Positions 17,352-25,588 of a stretch of DNA of 64,000 bases are shown here, piece after piece (within the stretch, counting starts at the first letter, position 1; every line of letters starts with the position of its first letter). The translations under genes and the position numbers were made by a program. The notes below the pieces were generated by a model. That model searched no databases, was not told the DNA's origin, and was given only the letters and a program-made list of their open reading frames with translations. The stretch lies in NCBI GenBank assembly GCA_964478725.1, contig CAYZKS010000001.1:2903-66902 (forward strand). Reading direction: 5' to 3'. Origin of the DNA: an uncultured Anaerolineales bacterium. GTDB lineage: Bacteria; Chloroflexota; Anaerolineae; UBA2200.

Positions 17352-18002
17352 ATGAAGAGAGCGATTGTGCTTGGTATGGCGCTGCTCACAGCTCTGAGCA
17401 TAGCCTGGGTGGCTTCAGCTCAGCCACTCGCGCAGGGCCCATCCAAGATCAACCAGCCCGCGGAGAACGGCGTAGTGAGAGGCACCGTACCCATTGTGGG
17501 CACGGCCGTCGATGCTGACTTTTGGAAGTACGAAGTCTACTACGCGACTGAGCCCAATCCCAGCAACCAGTGGATCTTCATCGGCGAGGTGCATGCGAAG
17601 CAAGTCACGGAAGGCCTGCTGGAGACCTGGTACACGGAAACCGTCCCGGATGGCAAGTACAGCCTGCGTTTGCGCGTGGTCAACCGTACTGGCAACTATC
17701 GGGATATCGAGACCCATGGCATTCTCGTTGCGAACACTACGCCTACTGATACGCCCGTGCCGACCAGCACTCCGGAGCCAACCGCGACGATCACACCTGC
17801 CGCCACGCCCACCTTCATCATCCCGACGTCGCCGCTGTCCCAACCAACCGTGACGCCTACCTTGGCGCGTCCAAGTCGGTCTACCTTGCCGGATGCGCTG
17901 GATCTGGACTCCTGGAGACGCTCTCTGATTCTGGGTGCAGAGTGGATGGCTGGCATCATAGCCGTCATTGGTCTTATTCTCCTCGTGCGGCGAAGGTTCT
18001 AG
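17352..18002 (+). CDS. Secreted/anchored hypothetical protein: signal peptide, beta-sandwich-like domain, Pro/Thr-rich linker, C-terminal TM helix with RRRF tail
   Basis: Cleavable signal peptide (MKRAIVLGMALLTALSIAWVASAQP). Domain with alternating beta-strand patterning. Pro/Thr-rich linker (TPTDTPVPTSTPEPTATITPAATPT). C-terminal hydrophobic helix plus basic cluster. Confidence 0.5.
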   Translation: MKRAIVLGMALLTALSIAWVASAQPLAQGPSKINQPAENGVVRGTVPIVGTAVDADFWKYEVYYATEPNPSNQWIFIGEVHAKQVTEGLLETWYTETVPDGKYSLRLRVVNRTGNYRDIETHGILVANTTPTDTPVPTSTPEPTATITPAATPTFIIPTSPLSQPTVTPTLARPSRSTLPDALDLDSWRRSLILGAEWMAGIIAVIGLILLVRRRF

Positions 18003-18121
18003 AGCCGCAGGGCTGCCCGGTTCACGGCGCGCCTGCTGGTTGCGCGCCGGGTCGAGAAACTGATCCATGAGCGTGGCTCGCGCTTGCAGGGGCTGGTCAA
18101 ACTGACTAGCCCCTAGTTGGC

Positions 18122-18745
18122 TTGGAAGAGAGGCAGAGATTGAAGCTCATCGTTGGTCTCGGTAACCCTGGCTCACGCTATGCCAAGAACCGCCATAATG
18201 TGGGCTACCAATGCCTGGAGCTGCTGGCGCAACGCATGCGCCTGGGCCCTGGCAGGGTCATGTTCAAGGCGAACGTTGTAGGAGCCCGCATGGGCGAGAC
18301 CAAGATCGTGCTCGCCCGGCCGCTCACGTTCATGAACCTGAGCGGGCAGTCCGTGGGACCACTGCTACGCTGGTACCACGCTCAAATGGCGGATCTGCTT
18401 GTGATCTGTGACGATTTAGACCTGCCGCTGGGGCGCGTGCGCCTGCGAGCGTATGGAGGGGCTGGTGGGCACAAGGGCATGCTCTCCATCATTGAAACCC
18501 TGGGCACGCAGCGGTTCGCCCGCTTGCGCGTGGGCATCGGACGGCCGACACACGGGGATCCGGAGGACTATGTGCTGGATGACTTTGCCTTGGACGAGGC
18601 GATTGTGATGCAAGGCGCATACGAGCGAGCTGCTCAGGCTGTAGAAGTGTTTGTCACGCAGGGAATTGAGGCAGCCATGAACCAGTTCAACCCGCCTGAC
18701 TCTCAGGCCAAGTCCAACGGCCGGGCGGATGAGAAAGGAACATGA
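18122..18745 (+). CDS. pth: Peptidyl-tRNA hydrolase
   Basis: LIVGLGNPG N-terminal motif, catalytic His (NRHNVG), Pth fold. Start ambiguous between TTG at 18122 and TTG at 18140. Confidence 0.9.
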   Translation: MEERQRLKLIVGLGNPGSRYAKNRHNVGYQCLELLAQRMRLGPGRVMFKANVVGARMGETKIVLARPLTFMNLSGQSVGPLLRWYHAQMADLLVICDDLDLPLGRVRLRAYGGAGGHKGMLSIIETLGTQRFARLRVGIGRPTHGDPEDYVLDDFALDEAIVMQGAYERAAQAVEVFVTQGIEAAMNQFNPPDSQAKSNGRADEKGT

Positions 18746-21700
18746 ACCTCAGTGGCCTGCTGACGGCTGTGCGTGAAGGCGCCAGCTATCGCGACATGCT
18801 GAGTCGTCTGAAGGAACCGCCTGGCTTCACTCCCGGAGGATTCCACTGGGCGCTTCTGGATGCCGCCCGTCCCGCCGTGTTGGCGGCCGTGCAACAGGAC
18901 TGGCAAGGACCTATCCTGGTGCTGACCGCCCAACCGGAGCGAGCTCACTATCTCCGGGAACAGGTTGCTCTGTGGTCCCCTGGCTCTGCGGCTGAAAGGT
19001 ACTTCCCCGCGCCGGATGCGTTGTTCTATGACTCTACTCCTTGGGACGGAGAGACCGTCCGCGGACGAGTGACGCTCCTGTCTGCCTTGGCAGCAAGAGA
19101 TCCAGGGGCCTGCTCGAGCATGATCTTCAGTTCTGTATGGGCGCTCATGACTCGGACTTTGTCGCCGCAGATCTTGCTCCCCGGCATCCGAAACCTGAAG
19201 GTTGGGCAGAGCTTCCGGCTGAAGGAGTGGCTTGACCATCTGGTCGCATACGCGTATCAGCCGGTCAGCGTGGTGGAAGAACCAGGTACGTTCGGCCAGC
19301 GTGGCGGGATTCTGGACGTGTATCCATCGCATGCGACACAGCCTGTGCGCATTGAGCTGCTGGGGGAGCAGATTGAGAGCATGCGCGCGTTCGATCCGGC
19401 CAGCCAGCGTTCCCTGCAGCGGGTAGAGTCCATAACGCTGTACCCTGCCAGCGAGGCCCTGCCCTTGCACGGCCAGATGGTTGAACAGCGCCTGCCAGAT
19501 TTGGGTGGTGGGTCAGATGCCTTTGGCGCGATGCGTATGCAACGTGACCGCGAAAGACTCAGCAGGGGTGAGTACTTCCGTGGCATGGAATTCTACGTTC
19601 CTTGCCTGTATCCGAGCCTCGCGACACTGCTTGATTACCTTCCAGCAAACACCTTGGTTGTCGTCGATGCTCCCGAAGGCATCGAAGCTGCGGCCAGGAC
19701 GCTCGATGCGCAAGCCACCGAGTTGCGTACAGAGCTCGTGCAGGAAGGAACGCTGCCCGAGCATTTCCCCGTGCCCTACCTGGATTGGAGCGATCTGGAG
19801 CGGGGCTTGTGCTCCTACTCCACGCTGAGCCTGGGGTATCGAGCCGCCTCTGTGGCAGAGACTGGCGCCCAGGTTGAGTGTTCGGGGCTGGAGCGTGCGA
19901 CTGGATTCCACAGCCCGCCGGGCTACGGGGGGCGCATCGAGGATGCGCTGGCTGCCTGCCGTCGCCTCCAATCTGAAGGAAAGACAGTCATCATCGCTTC
20001 CAGGCAAGCCCCGCGCTTATCCAACCTGTTCGAGGAAACCGGAGCGCCGGTGGCGTGGGTCGACGAATTGCTGGAGCCACCTCCCGAGGCCAGCCTGATG
20101 CTGACGGAAGGATCGCTCGCAGAAGGTTGGGTGTTGCAGGGCGGTACTCCGGGTGAGCCTTGCCTGGTGCTTCTCACGGATGCAGAGATCTTTGGCTGGG
20201 CCAGACAGAAGCGCCGTTCCTTCACTCGCAGGAAGGCGACATCTCCCGAGTCTTTCTTTGCCGATCTGCACGAGGGCGATCTGGTGGTGCACATCGAGCA
20301 CGGCATCGGCATCTACCGCGGGCTGGTCCATAAGGAGATGGATGGCACGCGCCGCGAATACCTCGACCTGGAGTATGCCGCTGGCGACCGGCTGTACGTG
20401 CCGGTCAGCCAGATGGATCGCATCACACGCTATGTCGGTAGCAGTGATCATGCCCCGGTCATTCATCGCCTCGGTTCGGCCGACTGGGCCTCTGTGCGTG
20501 CGCGGGCCAAGAAGGCAGTGCAGGACATCGCCAAGGAGCTGCTTGAGCTGTACGCCACGCGCGAAGTGGTGGACGGGCATGCTTTTCCCAAGGACACGGT
20601 CTGGCAGGAGGAGCTGGAAGCTTCGTTCTCCTACGAAGAGACGGACGATCAGGTCCGAGCTGTCTCTGAGGTCAAGGCCGACATGGAAAGCCCGCGCCCG
20701 ATGGACCGCCTCATCTGCGGTGATGTGGGATATGGCAAGACGGAGGTTGCGGTGCGGGCTGCCTTCAAGGCCGTGATGGGAGGCAAGCAGGTAGCCGTGC
20801 TTGTACCGACCACGGTTTTGGCGCAGCAACACCTGCTCACATTCAGGCAACGCCTGGCAGCTTTTCCAGTTGAAGTTGGCATGCTCTCCCGGTTCTGCTC
20901 ACCTCTTGAACAGAGAGAGACGTTGCGGCGGTTGCAGGAAGGCAAGCTGGATATGGTGGTTGGAACGCACCGGCTCCTGCAGAAAGACGTGGCCTTCAAG
21001 GAACTGGGCCTCTTGATCGTTGATGAAGAGCAGCGTTTCGGTGTGCGCCACAAGGAGTGGCTCAAGCGCATGCGTCGCCAGATCGATGTCATGACCATGA
21101 CCGCCACCCCCATCCCACGCACGCTATATATGGCTATGAGTGGCGTTCGGGACATGAGCACGATTGACACGCCACCCGAAGCGCGACTGCCCATTCGCAC
21201 GCAGGTGGCCGAATTCGACGAAGGACTGATTCGCCGGGCGGTCTTGCGAGAGCTCAACCGCGATGGGCAGGTCTACTTTGTGCACAATCGTGTGCAGGGC
21301 ATCCGGCAGGTGGCACAGCGCCTGCAAGCAATCGTACCGGAGGCCAGCATCGCCATCGGCCACGGCCAGATGCCGGAGGACAAACTCTCATCGGTCATGC
21401 TCGACTTCGCCACAGGCAAGTACGACGTGCTTGTGTGCACCTCAATCATTGAAAGCGGCCTGGACATTCCGAACGTCAACACCATCATCATCAACCGTGC
21501 CGATTGTTTTGGCCTGGCGCAGCTCTATCAGTTGCGCGGGCGCGTGGGGCGCAGCGTTGTGCAGGCTCACTGCCATCTGCTCTACCCCAAGCACCTGCGG
21601 CTCTCGGAGGTAGCCCGGCGTCGCCTGGAAGCCATCCTCGAGTCCAGCGAGCTGGGCGCGGGCTTTCGAATTGCCATGCGCGATCTCGAGATTCGTGGCG

Positions 21701-22302
21701 CGGGCGAGATTCTCGGCGCCCGGCAGCACGGCCACATCGTGGCGATTGGCTTCGAGCTGTACACTCGCTTGCTGGCTCAAGCGGTGCAGCAGCTCAAGGC
21801 AGGCGGAGCAGCAGAGACCGCCTCCAAGGCGGAGGTTGAGCTTACGCCGCTGATAGAACTGCCGCTGCAGGCCCATCTGCCAGACGATTATGTCCCCGAC
21901 GAGGCGTTGCGGATCAAGCTCTACCAAAGATTGGCCGCAGTCCAGGACGAAGACGAACTGGACGACCTTGGGCGCGAGCTGGAGGACCGCTTCGGGCTGC
22001 TTCCCCAGCCTGCAAGGGACCTCCTGTACGTGCTGAGAGTTCGCTTGTTGGCTACCCGCGCTGACGTGCAGTCAGTTGGACGGGAGGAGAACGTGCTGGT
22101 GCTCAAGCTCTCAGCCCGTGCTCAGTCTCTGGCGTCTGAAGTGGTGCGGCCGTTCGGGCAGCGCGCCTGGGTGGGCCGCGGGCAACTCTGGCTTGATCTG
22201 GCCAAGGATGGAGGCAACTGGAGGACTCTGCTGGTGGCTCTGTTGTTATCCTTGGGCCAGAGGGCAGGAGCCCGTGAAGAACGCAGCGAGACCGTGCGGT
22301 GA
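18742..22302 (+). CDS. mfd: Transcription-repair coupling factor
   Basis: 1186 aa; UvrB-homology N-terminal domains, RNAP-interacting domain, superfamily-2 helicase motifs (GDVGYGKTEVA, DEEQRFGV, TATPIPRT), and TRG motif. ATG overlaps the pth stop (ATGA). Confidence 0.95.
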   Translation: MNLSGLLTAVREGASYRDMLSRLKEPPGFTPGGFHWALLDAARPAVLAAVQQDWQGPILVLTAQPERAHYLREQVALWSPGSAAERYFPAPDALFYDSTPWDGETVRGRVTLLSALAARDPGACSSMIFSSVWALMTRTLSPQILLPGIRNLKVGQSFRLKEWLDHLVAYAYQPVSVVEEPGTFGQRGGILDVYPSHATQPVRIELLGEQIESMRAFDPASQRSLQRVESITLYPASEALPLHGQMVEQRLPDLGGGSDAFGAMRMQRDRERLSRGEYFRGMEFYVPCLYPSLATLLDYLPANTLVVVDAPEGIEAAARTLDAQATELRTELVQEGTLPEHFPVPYLDWSDLERGLCSYSTLSLGYRAASVAETGAQVECSGLERATGFHSPPGYGGRIEDALAACRRLQSEGKTVIIASRQAPRLSNLFEETGAPVAWVDELLEPPPEASLMLTEGSLAEGWVLQGGTPGEPCLVLLTDAEIFGWARQKRRSFTRRKATSPESFFADLHEGDLVVHIEHGIGIYRGLVHKEMDGTRREYLDLEYAAGDRLYVPVSQMDRITRYVGSSDHAPVIHRLGSADWASVRARAKKAVQDIAKELLELYATREVVDGHAFPKDTVWQEELEASFSYEETDDQVRAVSEVKADMESPRPMDRLICGDVGYGKTEVAVRAAFKAVMGGKQVAVLVPTTVLAQQHLLTFRQRLAAFPVEVGMLSRFCSPLEQRETLRRLQEGKLDMVVGTHRLLQKDVAFKELGLLIVDEEQRFGVRHKEWLKRMRRQIDVMTMTATPIPRTLYMAMSGVRDMSTIDTPPEARLPIRTQVAEFDEGLIRRAVLRELNRDGQVYFVHNRVQGIRQVAQRLQAIVPEASIAIGHGQMPEDKLSSVMLDFATGKYDVLVCTSIIESGLDIPNVNTIIINRADCFGLAQLYQLRGRVGRSVVQAHCHLLYPKHLRLSEVARRRLEAILESSELGAGFRIAMRDLEIRGAGEILGARQHGHIVAIGFELYTRLLAQAVQQLKAGGAAETASKAEVELTPLIELPLQAHLPDDYVPDEALRIKLYQRLAAVQDEDELDDLGRELEDRFGLLPQPARDLLYVLRVRLLATRADVQSVGREENVLVLKLSARAQSLASEVVRPFGQRAWVGRGQLWLDLAKDGGNWRTLLVALLLSLGQRAGAREERSETVR

Positions 22303-22853
22303 AGAACGTCGTCGTGACTGGCAGTGTGCACGTGGGCAAGTCCACTGTGTGCCTGAAGGTAGTGCAGTGGGCGCGATGCCAGGGCTACCAGGTCCGAGGC
22401 ATTGTCACCACGCCGCTGTACGACCCGGCGGGAGGCCGTCAGGGCTTTGAGATACACGACCTGGGATGCGACGAACACCGCATTCTGGCGCGAGTGGATT
22501 GTGACTGGAAAGGCCCTCAGGCAGGCCCGTTCCACTTTGATCCTGCTGCACTGCGTTGGGGAGAGCAAATCGTAGAACGAGCGTTGGGCGAAGGCTGTGA
22601 GCTACTGGTTGTGGATGAGATTGGACGCCTGGAGCTGGAGCAGGAAGCTGGATTCCAGCGCCTACTGCCGCTGCTGGCATCCGCTGTTGTCCCGCACAAG
22701 CTGATCGTCGTGCGCGACACTCTACTGGATGCATTTCGCAAGCGGGTTCCCACGAACCATTTCTCGGCCTTTGATGTCACCGCGGAGAATCGAGATTCTG
22801 TTCCTGGTGAGATCATCGACTTTCTGTTTGCCTCAACCTTGTCGCGGCACTGA
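22299..22853 (+). CDS. THEP1-like nucleoside-triphosphatase (NTPase_1 family P-loop protein)
   Basis: Walker A (VTGSVHVGKST) and Walker B (LLVVDEIG). About 180 aa, typical of THEP1-type NTPases. GTG start overlaps the mfd stop (GTGA). Confidence 0.55.
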   Translation: MKNVVVTGSVHVGKSTVCLKVVQWARCQGYQVRGIVTTPLYDPAGGRQGFEIHDLGCDEHRILARVDCDWKGPQAGPFHFDPAALRWGEQIVERALGEGCELLVVDEIGRLELEQEAGFQRLLPLLASAVVPHKLIVVRDTLLDAFRKRVPTNHFSAFDVTAENRDSVPGEIIDFLFASTLSRH

Positions 22854-22978
22854 AGCGGGAGCGCTCGACTGAGCTCATTATGCCTTTCGATGCCGCTAGG
22901 ACGAGACCAACGGAATCTGCTTTGTCATCCTGAGCGCATGGCTTTGCGCCAGAAAGAACAAGATGCGAAGGAGGTCAG

Positions 22979-23803
22979 ATGTTTGGAATCCGCTGCCTGG
23001 TGGACAATTCGGTTCTGGCGTCTTCTGGGTACTGGGGCGAGCATGGCCTGGCGTTGCTTGTCGAGACGGATGACGGGCGCGCTTTGCTGGATACCGGTCG
23101 AAGCGGTACCGTGCTTTTGCACAATCTCAAAGAAGCCGGGGTGGATCCTAACAGTATTACAGCGCTGGCGCTTAGCCATGCCCACAATGACCACACTGGC
23201 GGCCTGGCAGCACTGTTGCCACTCACGGGCCGCATCCCCGTGTACGCCCATCCCGACCTCTTCCGCGAGCGTTTTGCGCGTCATGGGCGGCACGTGGACC
23301 GGATCGGTCCCGCCCTCAAGCGTGAGGACATGGAGCAACTAGTGGAGCTGCACCTCAGCACAGAACCGCAGCAGATCCTGCCGGGGGTCTTCACTTCCGG
23401 TGAGATCCGCAGCCGTGACGAGCTTGAAGGACGCAGTCCCAACCATCTCGTTCGCGACGGCGAGGGCTGGACTGCGGACCCCTACCGCGATGACCTGTCA
23501 CTGGTGCTCCAGTCTTCATCTGGCCTGGCTCTTGTGTGCGGGTGCTGCCACGCCGGCCTGCTTAACACCCTGCTGCAGATGAGCAACACCTTTTCTGGAG
23601 CCGTGCATACGATCATTGGCGGCACACACCTGGGCAGCCTGGACGCGACCCAGATGGAGCACATTCTGCAGGTTTTGCGTGGCTATGGTGAGATGGAGAT
23701 CTACCCCAACCATTGCACGGGACTGCCCGCCTACGTCGCACTCGCCCAGGCCTTTGGTGTGCGCGTCCATCCTTTCCCGGCTGGCGCAGAGGTCAAGTTC
23801 TAG
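22979..23803 (+). CDS. MBL-fold metallo-hydrolase
   Basis: HAHNDHTGG metal-binding motif and a downstream conserved His (GGTHLG). Confidence 0.7.
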   Translation: MFGIRCLVDNSVLASSGYWGEHGLALLVETDDGRALLDTGRSGTVLLHNLKEAGVDPNSITALALSHAHNDHTGGLAALLPLTGRIPVYAHPDLFRERFARHGRHVDRIGPALKREDMEQLVELHLSTEPQQILPGVFTSGEIRSRDELEGRSPNHLVRDGEGWTADPYRDDLSLVLQSSSGLALVCGCCHAGLLNTLLQMSNTFSGAVHTIIGGTHLGSLDATQMEHILQVLRGYGEMEIYPNHCTGLPAYVALAQAFGVRVHPFPAGAEVKF

Positions 23804-23886
23804 GGCAGGTGCTTGTAGCGGCATACATCGTGTGCTATACTTGGCACGTTGGTGTGGAGCACACACGTGATCGAGTGGAGGGGAAC

Positions 23887-24897
23887 ATGAAGGTTCTTGT
23901 GGACGCGATGGGCAGCGACCACTACCCGCAGCCGGATGTGGCCGGAGCGGTCCAGGCAGCTCGGGAGTACGGCGTAGAGGTTGTGCTGGTGGGCAACAGA
24001 GACGTCGTCGAACCCGAACTGGCCAAACACGATCTTGGCGGGCTGCACGTTTCCCTGGTGCATGCGAGCCAGATGATCGAGATGCGCGAGCACCCGGCGG
24101 TGGCTGTCAAGACCAAGACGGACTCCTCAATGGTTCTAGGCATGCGCATGCTGCGTCAAGGTCAGGTGGATGCCTTCGTGTCAGCCGGCAATTCAGGTGG
24201 CGTTCTGGCTGCAGCGCTGTTCAATCTCCATCGTATCCGTGGCGTCAAGCGCCCGGCGCTTTCGAGCGTTTTCCCCACGCGCAAGGGCCGCTGTTTCGCT
24301 CTGGATCTGGGAGCTAATACCGACTGCAAGCCAGAATACCTGCTTCAATTCGCGATCATGGGCGCTGTCTACGCAGAGCGCGTGCTGGGGGTCCCGAATC
24401 CAAGCGTGGCCATCGTGTCGAACGGCGAGGAAGAAGGCAAAGGCAGCATGCTCGTGCAGGAAGCCTATCCTCTGCTCAAAGCCAGTGGCCTCAATTTCGT
24501 TGGCAACGCCGAGGGCAAGGACGTGCCCGCGGGTCTGGCAGATGTCATCGTGACGGATGGCTTCACGGGAAACGTCATTGTCAAGCTCTCCGAGGGGATT
24601 GTGGCGTTTCTTTTGGACATCATCAAGGAGGAGATCAAGAGCCGGCCGCTCGCCTCTTTGGGCGGTCTGTTGGCGAAGCCCGCTTTTGCCCAAGTCAAGA
24701 AGCGCCTGGATTGGCGTGAGTACGGCGGAGGGCCATTGCTGGGGGTGGACGGGGTTGTGATTGTGGCGCATGGCAAGTCAGATGCCCTTGCCATCAAGAA
24801 TGCGGTGCGCGTGGCCAAACAGGCCGTGGCGGAGGGCATGTTGGATGCCATTCGCGATGGCATTGCTCACAGCGCCCTATCATCGACTGAGGAGTGA
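23887..24897 (+). CDS. plsX: Phosphate acyltransferase PlsX
   Basis: Full-length PlsX pattern (VDAMGSD, SAGNSGG, TDGFTGN, GHGKSD). ATG at 23887 with a GGAGGGG RBS. The ORF-table start at 23713 is an extension. Confidence 0.9.
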   Translation: MKVLVDAMGSDHYPQPDVAGAVQAAREYGVEVVLVGNRDVVEPELAKHDLGGLHVSLVHASQMIEMREHPAVAVKTKTDSSMVLGMRMLRQGQVDAFVSAGNSGGVLAAALFNLHRIRGVKRPALSSVFPTRKGRCFALDLGANTDCKPEYLLQFAIMGAVYAERVLGVPNPSVAIVSNGEEEGKGSMLVQEAYPLLKASGLNFVGNAEGKDVPAGLADVIVTDGFTGNVIVKLSEGIVAFLLDIIKEEIKSRPLASLGGLLAKPAFAQVKKRLDWREYGGGPLLGVDGVVIVAHGKSDALAIKNAVRVAKQAVAEGMLDAIRDGIAHSALSSTEE

Positions 24898-24904
24898 GCA
24901 CTGC

Positions 24905-25588
24905 ATGCGTGTCGTCACCAATGAGGATCTGATCAAGAAGAAGGCTTCCATGGTTCGCAATGTATTGACCGCAGGGTTCATACTGATGGCGATGGCCGCC
25001 GGCATGGCCTTCTTCCAGAGTTACATCGCATATGCCTATGTTTGCTTGCTGGTTAGCCTTCCGATGGTGAGCTGGAGTGCCAGGGGGGCCAACAGATGGC
25101 TGCAATCTCCCCGACCTGACCAGGTGTTGGCCAAAGCACTCAAGGGCTTGGATCGCAGCTACCAGTTGTACAGCTATACACTTCCCATCGAACACGCTTT
25201 GCTCTGCCCCAAGGGCCTGTTCGCATTGCATGTGAAGACGACGAGAGGAAGTATCACCTGTCGCGGGGGCCGCTGGCGCCGCAAATTCGAGCTATCGCAC
25301 CTGTGGGGGTGGTTGACGGATGAGGGGCTGGGGAATCCGGGCAAGCAAGCGCAGGCCGCAGCAAGAAAGCTGAGCGAATTTGTCGCAGCCCAACTTCCCG
25401 AGGCACAGGTCTCTGTGCAACCGTTGGTCGTGTTTGTGGACCCCGCGGTCAAGCTAGAGGTTTCAGAGCCAACGGTGCCGGCCATGCTGGTGGGCAACTT
25501 GAAGGCACACTTGCGCGACGTGACCATCTCGTTGGCCCCCAGCACCCTCAAGGACCTGGGTAAGCTTCTCGATGAGAAATCGAACTGA
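24905..25588 (+). CDS. NERD-domain membrane protein (nuclease-related domain, N-terminal TM helices)
   Basis: Two N-terminal TM helices followed by a region fitting the NERD pattern (LPIEHALLCPKGLFALHVKT...). 8 nt after the plsX stop. Confidence 0.4.
   Translation: MRVVTNEDLIKKKASMVRNVLTAGFILMAMAAGMAFFQSYIAYAYVCLLVSLPMVSWSARGANRWLQSPRPDQVLAKALKGLDRSYQLYSYTLPIEHALLCPKGLFALHVKTTRGSITCRGGRWRRKFELSHLWGWLTDEGLGNPGKQAQAAARKLSEFVAAQLPEAQVSVQPLVVFVDPAVKLEVSEPTVPAMLVGNLKAHLRDVTISLAPSTLKDLGKLLDEKSN

Noticed and set aside
17750-17880. Pro/Thr-rich codon repeats (ACGCC/CCGAC...) that could be mistaken for a direct-repeat array
   Set aside because: They are low-complexity coding sequence for the TPxP linker of the secreted protein; no spacer-repeat periodicity, so not CRISPR.
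18703-20850. Minus-strand ORFs 18703..19470 and 20017..20850 and other ORFs inside mfd
   Set aside because: Internal to or antisense of the 1186-aa Mfd frame, whose helicase motifs are unambiguous.
22854-22978. 125-nt spacer between the NTPase and MBL genes, inspected for a riboswitch or sRNA
   Set aside because: Only a short 5-bp hairpin (GCGCA/TGCGC) and an RBS (GAAGGAGG); no recognisable conserved riboswitch core.
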